The translations under genes and the position numbers were made by a program. Shown piece after piece: positions 25,028 through 39,517 of a DNA stretch of 64,000 nucleotides. Source of the stretch: Neodothiora populina (lineage: Eukaryota); contig NW_027191413.1 in the NCBI RefSeq assembly GCF_041146345.1, positions 868,001 to 932,000 on the forward strand. Direction: 5' to 3'. Position 1 is the first letter of the stretch. Each line of letters begins with the position of its first letter. The notes below the pieces were generated by a model. That model had not been told where the DNA came from. It did no database searches and saw only the letters and a list, made by a program, of their open reading frames with translations.

Positions 25028-27592
25028 CTACAAGCCAAAGTTGACAATGGCTATACCTTTTGACTTGGCGAGTGTGATCCAATCCACTTCTTCTGCCTGA
25101 GCGCCTGCCATGGCGCACATTTCCTGCTCTTCGCAAACCGACACAAGAAGCTCACGAGATCTCGTCACGTTTCGAGAGATTCCGGTGCCCTCCATCGCAT
25201 TGAGAAGGTTGATTGCGTGTACTTTGACTTCCGCCTTTTCTGTCGCAAAGCCAGCCATAAAGATAGGAAAAACGATGTGGTGCTGATCGTAGTCCTGTGC
25301 CTCTACAACCGAGGTAGTCATCGCTATTATAGTGGTGCAACGTCGTGAGACGTCTTCTCGGACTTCCAAGGTATTGTGAAGTCGTTGTCCAGGATACATG
25401 GATGTATCAAGATAAAGCATTTGAGTGTACAGCTGTAGATATGACTGCGGATTATTTGTTAGTGGATATCTTCTAGCGTTCTTGAGACCGAGGAAGACTC
25501 ACGAATTGAAAGATGATACGAGCGAGCGCTGGTAATTGTATTGTAGCTTGCGCGGGGTCAGCTGACAGAAAGCTGGGATACCCTCGAGCCCAGTAAGAAT
25601 GATACTCGGCACGAAGCTGCGCTATAGTATGTTGCCAGTTCGCAATTGTAGCCGGGTCAATGGCGCGTCCGACGTAAGATGTGACCTCTGCTCTAATTCG
25701 CTGAGAGACTACGGCCAGTTTAGCATTGAGAATGCATGCGCCATGACTGAAATTGTAAATGGCAACAAAAGCAGCAACTTCATCGTACTGTTGTACTGGC
25801 TGAGTTCGGAGACCTCTAGCAGAGCCTTTGATGTCTCTCCAATCTGGTAAGAATATCTCGCCGTCGAGAAAAGCTCGCGCGAAATCACCTGAGCCATTTC
25901 CACCAAGGTGTGCGTGGGTGTCCAAATATAGGATATACCAGAGGAGATAGTCCTGGAGCTCTCCGCTTGCTTTTCCTTTCCTGTTCTTGGCAATTCGAAT
26001 TAGATGGTGCATATGTTGTGACCACATATTCATGTTGAATCCATCATAGGGGTTGTTGGACGCTTGGGTTGCGTAGCAGATATCGTAGATTAGGAGTAGG
26101 AAGTGCAGGTAAAGGAGACGATCTGAGCTGAGATCGGAGGCCGTGGTCAAAGAAGACGAGATAGCTTGATGGTAATGTTGGAAAGCTTCTGGGAGAAGTT
26201 GCTGCTGCCCTTTGAGAGCCAGACTAAGCAAGGAGACGGCACATATTGCGTGATACAACTATTGGCCAATGTTAGATAGGAGGAAGCTTCACTTTCGCAG
26301 GATTGACATACCGGCAAGAACGTCCTGGCTTCCAATACGATCGGATCCTCTTGTCCAGCACCATGATCAAGATAGAAATGTTTCCCCAGTGGCATAATCC
26401 TCTTAGCAATGAAGCCTCGGTAGTGAACCATAAGTCTCTCATTTCTTTCGTTGATACCTGTCGCGTGATTCCGAGAAGGTAGGCTTGAGCCGCGAGGATT
26501 CAACGTGATCTCAAGATGTTGCATCGTCTCCGGAAGGCTCGTCCTTCGGTCTGTAGAGAATGAAAGACTGGCAGGTGTCGTTACAGATACATCCTCGAAG
26601 AAGGGCAACACGACGATGTCAGGATCTTCCACATCTGATCCAGGCTGACCTCTACTACCTCCCGGGGATACCGATGCCGACGGGCTTGTCAGACCGTCTC
26701 GTCCGCTGTGGATTGAATGTGAAGAGTGAGTGCGAGGGCGTGAAGGGTCGTGCACGCCGTATTCCGGGAGGCTTGCGAAACTTCGAGGGTTCACTATAAC
26801 GTTATATGTACCTGGAGCTCGTGATCCAGCCTTTCGTTCGCGGTCTTGATCATTGGTCAGGTTTGCGAAAGATGGTAGACCATCATAACTCAAAGATGGC
26901 GAGCTACTAGAACTCGTAGTTTGTATAGGCGCGTGAGCTAAGAAGTCAAAGTCAGCAAACGAAGATGGCTCGACGCAATGTCTTGAGCGATTGAATTGCG
27001 AAGATTGATCGGGGAAGGGTGCATTCAGCTAAGCGCAGTCATGGAAGCGCCAGCCATGGGCTGCGGAAAGAGTCTACTTACGATCCCATACTGAATTTCC
27101 TGCCGTTGAGACATTGGTGTATTTGTTTTGAGTATTTGTAGTCACATCGTCGAACTTCCAACGGAACTCCCAATCGCAGTCCTTGTTCAATCGCACGCAA
27201 GGCTGCACCGCTCGTTAATGTATGAGTCAGCGTCAGGAAAGTTTTTGACTTACGCCGCATTTTGGATGAACCTCATCACATTTGACCTGCACAAGGCGTC
27301 AATTTGGATCACTCATGCATTGATGCTGAAGGAAGCATTCTTGAGATTCTACCTTTCGTTTTCGGCAGGTCCTTGTGGCAGCTTAGCAAACCGCTTGTAG
27401 AGCGAGAAGGAACGTCATGACTTACCAGCAACCAGCTCTTGAACGATGAGACAACCTCGGTCGAGCAGCTCTTGGGCTGGAGACTGTCCTCGTATTGGCA
27501 TGATTTAGAACCGGGGAAGTTTGTGAGCCGCGAGGTGCTAGGGGAGGAAGCTGATCTCTGGTGTTGGATGCATCCGAGCGGCGGTGATGCAT
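25028..27592 (-). CDS. Zn(II)2Cys6 transcription factor with C-terminal fungal-specific TF domain, multi-exon
   Basis: Spliced [34 protein letters not shown] from exons 27592-27426, 27371-27353, 27286-27254, 27202-27082. Downstream exons contain YHAICAVSLLSL, AFQHYHQAI and VFPIFMAG, ending VDWITLAKSKGIAIVNFGL*. Confidence 0.88.
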
Positions 27593-29876
27593 CGAGGCCA
27601 GGGATACATAAATGGTCGCCGTTTTGACCCTTTGAAAAAGCAGAAGTTGCCTTTATGAAATTGGGCAGGCAGGATTATGGAGAAGCGCAAAGTAACGAGA
27701 CCGGCGAGCCGACCCACAAAAGCCAATAGGAAGTCAAGGTCCAGCTGTACAGTGCGCTCTGATATGAAATAGATAGCCTCTGATCTGCTCTACCGTGTCA
27801 ATGTAACTAATTGCAATAAATGTCTTCGGTAAGGACTGAGGAGAGTGTGAGCGAGATCGACATGAACGGTAGGACTGGACGAATAGTGATATAAGAGCGA
27901 GAGCACAACCCCATGTAGCGCTTTGATAACAAAAGTGAAATAGGTGCAACTCACTCGGTTAGCGAGTCAAGCATACTAGCTTGTGAGCTGGCCTGGCGTA
28001 TGACATGTGGAGGGAAGGCCCAAACGGAATAATAGCCGCTACCAGGAGGGTTACCAAGAAGGCTTGCCCGTTCATGGCGACAACGTTTAATGGGTCTTGG
28101 AAAATGGTCGGCGGCAGAGAAGGCGCAGGCGCAGGCGCAGGCCGTGCCTTCGCAAGTCCAACCACTGCTAGGATTAGGCCGGTCAATTAGGCTTTGCGCC
28201 GCTTCAGAAGACTGCGCTAGAAACACACTAGAAAGTGTGGCTGCCACGCGAGGGGACAAAATCAAAGTCCCCACACAGTGAAGGGAAGGCTCTGCCTGGG
28301 TTGTCCAGCCCCTCGTCGTCCCTTGAGGTACCGGACCATGAACGTCGGGGTTGCTTGATTCCATTGTTGCTCAGGTACCTCATCAAACGGGGTTTCTCCA
28401 TTTGATCTTAAAACGAAGTGTTTTGCCTGAACCTTCTCCAGGGGGTTTTCCCAGTTGCCCGAGAACTTCAATATGCGCTGGCCAGCCGTTGGTGATGGGA
28501 GCTGCCTCCGGGGAGCTGCCTCCGACATTTACCTTCTATTACCTCTCCATTTCTGGAGCAAGGTCCAAAAGAGTCCAGCACAGGCTTGGCATGGTGTGCA
28601 CTAGGACGGTGCTTGTATGCTGCAAAGGCTGTTTTCAAAGAACATTACTGCCGGATCAGGTTACGGGATTGTCCGACGCCACCCTATACCTTACACTTGG
28701 GCCAAAGGAACCTTGATCGAATCAGAGATCACAGAAACCGTCATGACCGCCACGGAGCTCTTGTGTGCGCTAAAGGACCCGGTGATGTATTGAATTTATC
28801 TTGAACGCGAGGAAAGGAGTCCACCACCACGTGAGCCGCTAGATCTCTGCGTGTCAAGACGTATGATAGTTACGGGACGGGAGGGAAACCACGCCGCTGG
28901 GAAAACGCCATAGCCCAACAATGGAAATTCGCATTCGCGGTTTCCCCCCTTCTTCTTCGAGATGTTTGAATTCAGTGGCGCTGACGGTGACGACCTATCA
29001 TGTATGCAGCAGAAATCAGACAGCCGCGGCAATTTAGCACGTTTCGTCCCACAAGCCAAGATACCCTGGGAAGGAGGCCACATACTGAGATTTGTGGTCG
29101 TCATACTCACTTTAGTGTATACCGGGGAAGGGTGCGATATAGCTCTACCTAGATACTCTATCCGCTAGTAACGGATTCCGACTGAGATCGTGTAGATCTG
29201 CTGTACACCACAGTACTGCATCTGGAAGTGTTATTCCAATTCTAGAAATCGTCTCTCGCGTGACCTTGCATACAAGTGAATTTTCTGTATGCATGGATTA
29301 GTGGTTGTCTCGGCACTTAATTTGACGCGTTCATTACTGTATATTGCAGCAGCCGCGAGTCGCTGCACGGCATCAGCATCATCGCGCTATCCAAGACCCT
29401 GTTCTGATCCCGCGCCCGTGTCAACAACTACGTCGTAAGAATCGCGGCCGAGTTCGACATGTTGCTTAGAATATCAAGGCCCAGACGACTTGGAGGTGCC
29501 GGAGTATCACTCGGACAATCCTAGCATCATGCGATGCCCAGAACTGCTCTATACAAATAGGCTAAACAGTAGCGTTTTCGTAGAGTCTCAAATCGACCTC
29601 TATGGCGTACTTTCAACAGCTACACCTGCTCCCGGCAGTTCGGTCTTCCACACCTTCCGCACCAGCCAACCTTGGCAAAGCCTCGGGCTAGGCCGAACCC
29701 TTGCTCTAGGCACGTGGTCAAGACCCATGCACGACCAAAATCTCATTTCATGACCCTGCACATGCATTGTAAGGGCACAACAAAGTTTTTGAAGCGCGAA
29801 GGCACTTCTCCCCTGGATGTCTGCTTCCTATTAGTGCTTGGCTGGCTGGCTATTTGTGGTCATATTTCCACCATCT

Positions 29877-32800
29877 CTATTGTAGTTGTTCCATCAAGCT
29901 ACTTTGCCGCTTGATTTGCTCGGCGTCGCCTTTGTAGCCATTGCTCTTCACATCCTCCGATATTGCCGAGACGGCTTCGTGCACTGCAGTATTGACAGGC
30001 CGTGACTGGTTTCGAAGTGGTCTGAGAGACACTAAGATTTCCAAGACCTGCAACAGCGCAGCACCCATGTTTGCATCAGACATCCGAGGTAAGTTGCCTA
30101 AGTGCAAGGACTTCCACAAAGCTTCTACACCGCAAATGATGGTTTCCTCCCGCCTGTGATCCAATGATTGCGTCAGCTTAGGTACGGTACTTTAGGGCAG
30201 CCGGGTTCCGACAACGGTTCGCGCCGAAGACTAGCGCTGCAAATCTCGACCCGGAGACACCCTCATGAAGAAGGTGATCGGTAATTGGCGGGCCGCACTT
30301 GAGACGAAACATCACAACACAACCGAAAGTCATGCCATGCACAGCCGCAAATGACGCACGCACCAAGATCACTATGCCAGAGAGAGCCGGTTGAGCTGAG
30401 ATCTGTAAGCGAGGTGGTCAGACTTACCTCTTCTTTTGGGCATGTTCGTCGTTGCCGCGATCGATGTCCATCTTATCGACGTCTTCTTCTGCCACCAAAT
30501 CGACCAGAACCGGTGATACGATCTCGATCACCGCCGAAGACATGTGTGTGTCATTTCTTGCGGACGCGATGCGACCTAGACATTTGAACGCATAGGGTCT
30601 GTAATTGGTGTTTTGTCGCTTTGCTTCCCTGATGGCAATCTACGCGCACGATCTGTTGTCAGCGAGGTCCTGGTATCCGTGTCCGCAGACGCTCAGCAAC
30701 AAGGATGAAAACCGAATTTACCTTCTCGATGGCTTGCGCGACGTCTTGATGAGCTGACCAGTAGCTCTTGCTGGTTTCGACGAATTGAGCAAAGGCATCT
30801 AAGACCACCTCCTTGCCTTCCCATGTCTTGCCTCCCAGAGCCTTTTCTAGTATAGGCCACAATCTCGTCGCGTTGGAGAGCTCCATCTCGCTGCTCATTG
30901 TGGAGATTGCCACTGTTGCAGCGGCAATCGATCTTGCAGCTGTATGTTTAACGTCCCACTGAGCAGAGTCTAGATTATCGTTGGCCATTGTCAATATCTC
31001 TTGCAGATATAGTGCAACTGCGCGAGGACCGCCAATGTTATCATTCCAAATTTCCTGGAAAGGGTTCTTGACTTGTTCGTGAGCATCATGCTTGGCAATG
31101 AAGACGAAAGGAATGATATCGGCCGCAAGAGAATTGAATCGGTCATTGGCATGCTTCGAGATCGCATGTAAGATTTCTGCCGCGGCGATGCTATTTTCGT
31201 GTCAGCTACAACCGCATCCCTTGTTACAAGCACATGTGGTGTGACGTATTGTTTGTGAAACTTACCTCCTTCTTGGGACCGCTTGAGCTCGGTCGTCCTT
31301 ACTCTCGAAGTACAGACCCTTTGCGAAAGATACCACACGTAGGATCTCTTCGTCTGACGCCCCTCGCGCTACGTAGCCTGCAGCCACAGCATATGAGCTT
31401 GACACCGTCTCGTTCCGATCGAGGACATATCTCTGAACCAAGCGTAAGAACTTGTCCGAGTACGGTCTGAAGACGGCGTTGTGACGTGTACTGAGTGTCA
31501 CTAACACTCTACTACAACCTACCTTCGAAGGTAGACCAACGGCACTCTTCATTGCGCTTTCCAGGCGTGGCTGAAGTTGTTGCATCGTGGTGTCGTCTAG
31601 CAAATCCAAACAACGCTCGATTGCTTCCATGAGGGGTCCACTGCGAATACTCGCAAGTCTCATGTCGTCGATTTTCTGCTCGGTAAGATTGTAGTTCTTG
31701 GCATTGAGGTGTAGGTAATTCACCATTGCCGGTTCGAGTGAGCTCAATAAGCCCAAGAGGCGTTCGACTAGATCTGGAATGAAGGGTCGAAGAATCTTGC
31801 CACTGCTATGTTTGATGATGCTGAGCAAAGTCTGCAAGGAGAAAGTCTGGACTTCTTCGGCGCTTGATTCGATACCAGAGGTGGACAGCAGGAACGGAAG
31901 AACATGTTTGAGCATTGCTGAGGCATTGCTGGAAGCTGTACTTGCGGCTTCCAGGGCTCTGATCAGCACGCCTGTCATGACTCGTGCCAGGGATGCTGCA
32001 GCCTTTCTCACAGAGTCCTTAATGTCGTCTAACACCTTGAAGCAAGCTGTCCAGACCTGCTCCAAGTACTTTTCATACTTGTCGAAAGGACGACTTGAAA
32101 TGAGGTCCGCAAGTGCTGCACAGCATGCTTGTCTGACTCTCCACTCTTTGCCTAGAATGTTATGCAGCAAGTCCTCCACAATTGCATCGAAATTTGCATC
32201 AATGGTCGCGGTGGTATCCTTGATCAGCGCGTTCCAGATGTCGTTCATGGACCTTTGAACATTGGTGTTGGGGTCGAATCTATAACGGAAGAGTTTAGGA
32301 TACAACTTTGGGTTCGTTGCCAGATAACCATCAACACTAGAGTCAGACAGCACATCGCTAAGTCCAAAGCGTCCAAAGGCAGCCCGGCTGGACCAAATTG
32401 CGTTGCTTGATGCAAGCGACATGAACTTATAGACCAGTGTTGAATCGCCAACCTCAGATGCCAGATTCATGATGTCTTTGTACGTGGTGATGGATCCATC
32501 ACCAGTAGGCAGTGCGCCAGGTTCGAAAAGTTGTGTTTCAGAAGTGACGTTACCTGAAAGCTGCGCTTTGCTATCGGAAAAGGAGCCGATGAGGTCTCTG
32601 ACTAGGTCGTCTTTCAGTCTTCGGTCACCCTTCTCGTAGACAAGACCTAGACCCCTTGACCCAGTTTCCTGGACCAAATCATCACGATCACTTAAGCAGC
32701 GTTTGAAGGCAGTCTGGAAAGCCGGTAATTGACTTTGAACTTCTTCAAGGTGGCCACAGAATTGTACAAAGCACAATAACCAGAGTGCAGATGCCTTTCG

Positions 32801-35773
32801 CAGTGAAGGCTTGGTGTTTTGAGAGTCGAGTAGGACTTTTGCCACGAGTCGACTAAGAAAGCCACGACGGTTCCGTCTTTTCGGAGTCATACCTGCAACA
32901 TCCTTCCTTGTTGCAAGAACTTTGGAGTCCCATCCTGCTGCCATATAGGTCATGGCTTCTCCAACCGAGAACTGCGCCTCAGCTTGGCGAACCTCGTGGA
33001 GTCGGTGAAGTCGATCTTCCACATGTAGAAGCAGTGAGCCGGATTGAGAGGCTTCCGGAGTGGGCTCGTCTAAGATCATTGCGATTTGGCCCAGAGCCAA
33101 GGCTGCACCGTCATTGCCGCTCTTTGCAAGCTCGGCTGTGCCATCAATAACGACCTTCAGCTCATCTCCAGCACCAAAGTCGGACGGACGGACGACCTGG
33201 AACATGCAAAGCTCACCAATAGCCACAAAACTTGCTATCTTCAGAAAAGCATCGGTAGTTGTACTCAGGATCTTGGTGATGGTTGCAATATACTTTGCAA
33301 GAATCGGACTTGTACTTTCTTTGCCTCTGCCAACGATTCTGCTGAAGTAGTAACTTAGAGCAGTAATAGCACCATGGACGCGATTGAGTGCCGCTCCGAT
33401 AGCGTCTTGCCACGTGGTTATGGTATTGTAGAGCTGGTCGGTGACATTGGACAATGTTTGACGGTCTTGTTCCTGGACGACAGGATGCGAGGCTAGTAGG
33501 CCGAATGCGTGCGCAGCGGCACGTCTCTTGGCAGGTTTGTTCGAATAAATTGATGGTAGGAGGTTTCCGTACATTGGTGCCACCACGCCGACTAAACCAT
33601 CAGGACTCAAAGCACAAAGCTCTATGAAGAGGTTATCAATGTCCGTGTCAATAACCTTGTCTTCTTCTTGAGCCATCATATGTGTAGAAAAGGCGACCAG
33701 GAGAAGCTCAAGAGCAGCCGTCTGGGGCGACCTGTCCGTCGCGAGCTCACCAATTCTTCCCTGAATCGACGCTCTCATTCCTTCGTCGTTTGCAATGGCG
33801 GTGTCGAATTTTAGCTGCCAGTCGACATCAGGCACTATCTTCACAAATTCACTAAGGAATACTTGACGGCAGTACTTTAATGCGTGAGGAAAGACACGAG
33901 GATGCTTCTGGCGAAGGGCTTCGACTACAGCTTGTGGTTCTCTGCGTCGAGAGGCTGCTGAGGACCCAGAGGTCTGGTGGAAGATGTAATCTACCAACTC
34001 AGTAAAGGCTGGAAACGATATCTCTGAATCTTCAGGTTTACGATCATTGAAACCGTTGAGAAGCCGATACCAATAAGGACTGAGGCCTTTCGAGCCTTCT
34101 TCACTGACTTCTTGTCTGTCATCTTTACCTGCAGCCATAGCTAGTAGATCGATCCATCGAGCCTTGACAGATTGATAAGATAAGCAGCGGTTGGCATACC
34201 GTACAGCTGCGTAACGAGTACTTCGTCGAGATTGCGTTTGCTCTTGGTCGAGCGCCATAGACTGCTCCATTTGGTCCAAGAGGAGTAATTCTAGGCTATC
34301 TGCAGTCTTGTCATCGATGCCGCCCGAGAAGATATTGATGATAGAGGAAAGTGCCTCCTCAACGCTGACATTGATTGAGTTTGCCGCAGTCTCGAAGGCC
34401 AGAGAATCAAAGAGCCAACGTAGTATGTCGAGATTCGGCTCTACCACCATTCCTGGTGGGCCAGCTTTTGCAAGGAGGCCGATCACCTCATAAGCTAGAC
34501 CGCGAGAGACTAGGTCTTCGTTGTTGCTTGGTCGCGGCCAGCCTTGACCTTCGATATAGTCTCTCAGCCTACCAACGACTCGAGGCGCGATAATAGCAAG
34601 GCTTTTGCGATCTCCATGACGCGCCGCAAAGTTAATGTACTGGAAGACTGCAGTGCGTAACCTTGTTGCCTCTCTTCCGACGGAAACTGTACTTGTGTAA
34701 TAAGGCCGTATCGAAGAATCGCTGTCGTTGGCGGCGTAGGTGATGCCATCATTGGCCACTCTTGTGACCTCTTCGGAGTACGTAGTGCTTATTGCAGACT
34801 TCTCTAACAATCCTAATATCTTTAGTCTAAGAGGAACTCGTACTCGAACGAGCCCATTGACAGCTTCATCTCCAAAGTAGTAGCGAAACAGTGTGCCGAT
34901 GAGTTCCGCATCTTCAAGGGAAGTGTTTGGTCTTGCTCGCTTTAGAATATCATCACCGACATCTGATATCGAACTTGCTGCATCGGCAGAAGCAAAGAGG
35001 GCCGGTAGAAAGCGCTCGGAGTCGTTGAACAATCCACTAGCAAGCAGCTTGGCCGCTCGAATTTTGACTTCTAATAGATTTAGACCTTGTGGTGAAGATG
35101 GCACCCATGTATCTTCTTTGTTCAGCGTGAAGAACGCATACTCATCAGGCGTCAACCCTGGGCTTGCCACACCAGATGCGAGAGTACTATTGTTAGTACC
35201 TTTCACGGGTGAAAAGAGAATCAGCTTTCCAAACCATGATGCTAAAAAACTCGCGTCTTTGTCCGTAAGCTTGACGCTGGCTCGCAACTGGTCATCCTCT
35301 TCACTTCCTCGAGGTGGAAGTGGGAAGTAAGCAATGACTTGCAATAGGAAATTGAACATTTGAGCACCCTGCGCGGGCGAGTTCTCGAACGTTGATGCAA
35401 TCCCCTGTAGGATACTAGGGAACAACACTGCACTTTCCGAAGCCGAAAGCCGTCTGATTCCATTTTGGATATAGATAAGGTCGAAATGACGGATGAGGGG
35501 TGTATGCGGATTGGCCTTGAACTGCTCCATAAGTGCTGCTACCGGTAGCTTGATGGACTCTGGTTTGATCCGCGTGTTGATGTGCTGACAAATGCTGATG
35601 ACTTTGTTCCTCACTGCCACATGTTCAGAGGCAAGTTTCAAGAGAAGCGGAGGGAGAAAGGTCCCCAGTATAGTCTGTAGTTTCAGGTCATTATCGGCCA
35701 GTGCTATCCTCATCTCTACCTTGCCGACGAGAGAGAGCTCTCTCGCCTCAGGCGAGGGACTGGGCGCTGTCAT
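29877..35773 (-). CDS. ECM29: Proteasome adaptor Ecm29 (HEAT-repeat protein), several 3' introns
   Basis: N-terminus RELSLVGKVEMRIALA...LPPLLLKLAS; LVYKFMSLAS...WSSRAAFGRFG, YPKLFRYRFDPN and KEWRVRQA; 3' exons include LEKALGGKTWEGKE. Confidence 0.92.
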
Positions 35774-35914
35774 GGTTCGGTGTTATGTCTTGCAGTGTTG
35801 TGCCTGCAGTGTATCTCGATTTCGTTACGTCAACATCCCTAGCAGAAGCAGATGAGAGAAGAACAGAAGTACGAGTATTTCCAGAAATTATGTGTCTTGC
35901 TCAAGTCACGAGTG

Positions 35915-35923
35915 TTTGCCACG
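35915..35923 (-). promoter_or_regulatory. PACE-like element (CGTGGCAAA) upstream of ECM29
   Basis: One mismatch to the Rpn4 site GGTGGCAAA, about 140 bp upstream of the ECM29 ATG. Confidence 0.4.
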
Positions 35924-36207
35924 ATATTACGACGTCTATGACTGCCTGGATCTACCTTACTCATACCTTCAAGATATACAGAGATACGTGAGTCGTAGTT
36001 CATACCCCAAAGCTGCCGCGGGGTCTTGGCACCAAATTCGACCTGAAGCGTCATCCGGAACATAGAGAATATTCAGGCACAAGTTAAGATTATCTCTCCC
36101 TACGAAAATCATTTTGGCAGAAGTGGTATACAATCAATCTTGATTTTTGACTAGTTCGTGGGGTTTCGTACAGAGCTATATTCTCCAAGACACAACATTC
36201 TTGCAAA

Positions 36208-36903
36208 ATGTCTACAGGTAGCACTGACAATGCTTCCCCAATCCGACTGACGGTGCTCATCTCCGGGTCTGGATCCAACCTCCAAGCACTCATTGATCAA
36301 TGTGGACAACCGGCTCTACCAGATGCGAGCATAATCCGTGTCATCTCGAATCGGAAGGACGCATTTGGCCTCAAGCGTGCTGAAACTGCTCACATTCCCA
36401 CCGCATACCATAACCTTGTCAAGTACAAGAAGCAGTACCCAGACACCAATGTGCCTCCGACATTTGAGATGGCGCGCAGCGAGTACGACAAGGATCTGGC
36501 TGCTATGGTGCTAGCCGATAAGCCAGACATCGTTGTATGCGCTGGGTGGATGCACATCCTCATGCCCACGTTCCTTGATCCGTTGAGTCAAGCAGGTGTA
36601 CCTGTGATCAATCTCCATCCAGCCCTGCCTGGCAGGTACAATGGTGCACATGCCATTGAGCGAGCATATAACGACTTCACCCAAGGCAAGACTGACCACA
36701 CGGGCATCATGATTCACTACGTTATTTCCGAGGTCGACATGGGACAGCCCATAACAACCCGTAGGATCGACATGAAGAAAGACGAGAGCCTCGACCAACT
36801 GGAACAGCGAGTGCACGAGAATGAATGGGAATTGATTGTCTTGGGCACCAAAATGGCCATTGATGACTTGCAAGCAAAGCGTCGCTCTGGTGGACAGCCT
36901 TGA
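36208..36903 (+). CDS. ADE8: Phosphoribosylglycinamide formyltransferase (GAR transformylase)
   Basis: VLISGSGSNLQALID, VVCAGWMHIL, INLHPALPG, TGIMIHYVISEVDMG. Confidence 0.95.
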   Translation: MSTGSTDNASPIRLTVLISGSGSNLQALIDQCGQPALPDASIIRVISNRKDAFGLKRAETAHIPTAYHNLVKYKKQYPDTNVPPTFEMARSEYDKDLAAMVLADKPDIVVCAGWMHILMPTFLDPLSQAGVPVINLHPALPGRYNGAHAIERAYNDFTQGKTDHTGIMIHYVISEVDMGQPITTRRIDMKKDESLDQLEQRVHENEWELIVLGTKMAIDDLQAKRRSGGQP

Positions 36904-37009
36904 TACAATAAAGGATGAGAGTCACATTTGGCACAGATGAGATGAATTTCGAAATGTTCACATCTATGTGCGCGCGTATGCGCTGTCAAGAAAATAATCC
37001 GAGGACCAT

Positions 37010-38518
37010 CTAGTCCTCATCAATCTTGGGACCAAAGTCCCCGAGCAGGATATCATCCACTGGTGGGCTACGATCATTGCGTACTAGCGAGCTGTCAGTG
37101 TTGGATTCACGCTGAAGAAGCTGAGAGAACATACCCCATTCGGTCTCAACGCGAAGGAAGATCCATATCCAACGTCTGAAGACCTCCAACAACTCCATGA
37201 GGAAGATACCTCCTTCCAGATCATTGAAATGATCCAAGTGCGGGCTCAGCTTGAAGCTCCATGTGCATCGCAGCATCAAGTCCATGACAATGACGCCATA
37301 GTATATTTCCTTTGTATGGAAATAGCGATGGCGACGCAATCCCCATGGGTGCTCTGGATTGTTACGCTCTCTGGAAGACGAGAATAGAGAAAGATCCCAA
37401 TCTTTGGCGACATCCCAGTAGAAAGAATAGAAAGAATTGACAAAGACGAAGAAAAGCCTGTTTCATATTCAGTATAGACTGCCAGGACAGCGACGCAAAA
37501 TGCAGCAGCAAAACTCACCAGAGTCGGAACAGACCAGCTTCGCTCATGCCAATCTTTGTAGGATCGTAGCCTCTTTGCAGCGCACTGAGTATGATGACCG
37601 GGAATGCGCTCGAATACTTGAGAGCGTTGGCCAGATGCTGTCCTCCCCAACCGTGTGACCCAATCCCTCCAGACTTTGCATTTCTCTTTCTCACTCTTCG
37701 ATACTCGATTAAGCATTGACGAAGCCGAATCAAACTCGGAATGGCGATTATCAGCGGTACCATATACTGCCCTCCACAGGATCGGTCCGGTTTAGCTGTC
37801 GAGCTCTTCCCTGGTGAGAAGAACATACAGAGTGCGACGAAGAGGTCGCCCAGAACTTTAGCATAGCTGGTCAAGACATCCGCCATGAGGATGTCGCCGA
37901 ACTTGCCATCGTGGGCTTCTGCAATGCCTCCGATGCTGATACGCTTGAGGATGGCAAGGGTGCGATAACGACCACCGCGCGAGACGCGCTTGATGGGGAC
38001 GAAGAAGGCGATGACCAGAACCAGAAGATAGATGTTGGGCAGGATCTCCCAGCGCAGGACGGCCGAGGCATCTCCGTGTGTGACGAGCCAGAAGAACAGC
38101 AGCGATAGCGCGAGAGGGAAGGTGAGCAGAGTCGCGAGCCGGTATGTTGAGAGATGATGGGGCGCTTCAGTATGAGAGTTACGCGAAGGATAGCGAATCA
38201 GTGCGGGAACATCCTAGCAGCAATGAAGAATAAATATCTCCTCTGATACATGAACTCGCGCAAACCATATTGTAGACGAAGAGGGAGGAAGGGAGAATGA
38301 CATACAATCTTCACAAGGTGCAAGTAATGTAAATTAAGCCCCCAAGCCCAGACGCCTGGCATGCCATTGTTAATCCCTGCGATCCCATTCTTGTTTGCGA
38401 ATACTCATGCGCCTGGGAGAGACATACCCAGAACAATAATCAAGGCAACACGATAAGGCAAAGGGAGCACCAAACTGAACGAGTCCAGCTCTGGCTCTAC
38501 AGCCGGATCACCATCCAT
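37010..38518 (-). CDS. ERD1: EXS-family membrane protein Erd1 (ER protein retention), multi-exon
   Basis: MDGDPAVEPELDSFSLVLPLPYR start; GKFGDILMADVLTSYAK, HLANALKYSSAFPVI, YSFYWDVAKDWDL, LEVFRRWIWIFLRVETEW. Confidence 0.9.
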
Positions 38519-39517
38519 TCTCTTCTCCGCCGTACTGCAAGCTCACGAGGAACCAGTCAAGAGAAATAGATTGCCCACGCCTCGCGCATTGATAGAGGGT
38601 GGTGTGGTGTGGTTTGCGCGAGTGGCTATAAAAAGGAGTAAATTACTTTCTAGCGGAGGGTGGAGAGCGTGCCGCAAAACAACAGCTGTTTGGGGGATGT
38701 GTTTCAGCCCTACACTCGTTCAGGACAAAGTACCTACAGCATGTTGCTGTACTTGTAATCTTCAGGCTTCAAAACATAACACAGGAAATCCGTCAACGCA
38801 GGCCGCTGGCGTGTGAAGGGATGGAAACAGACCTCACAAGCCCTAAGAAGATCTTTGCAGTTATGATTCGGTAGCCTGACCGAGCGAGCCCTACCGCATT
38901 CCAGACAGATCGTGGGCGCGCTTCCAATTCCCCGAGATCGCCAAGGGATCATCGAGAGATCGTTCAAACTCCATGGTTCACATCTGTCTCCCTTCGACTC
39001 GCATGCGTCGTGATGGTCGTCCATAGTCAATGATGTCAGGACAGTCCCTGGTTCAGGTCAATTGGACCCAGTGCACCGCGGCGTGTCCATCGACGAAAAG
39101 CCTAAGGTATGATGGGATTCTGTGTGCATTAATCAAGGGTTCAGTGGGGGTATGGCAAGGTGAGGTACCGTACACTGTACCTTGAACCCTGCGGGAGACC
39201 TTGATCCGTACCAAAGTAAGGTAGGTAGTGGGTGATGGTTGGGTGATGATGATTTGAGTAACGATGATGATGATGATGCAGCTCCTGCGTCTTGCCCATC
39301 CAATCACATCCCAATTGTATTTTTCTTCCTATCGGTCGTTTCTCTTCTGATAACTTCACCTTTATTTGCATCTAAACACTACTTGCCTGTCTTTCAGATT
39401 CGAAACGACATTTACATTCACATCTACCAGTATCTTGACCTACCTTTCCATCAATTGAAACCTCACAACCTCCCTCTCGACCTGTAAAGATAACAGGAAA
39501 CAAAAGACTACCCAATC

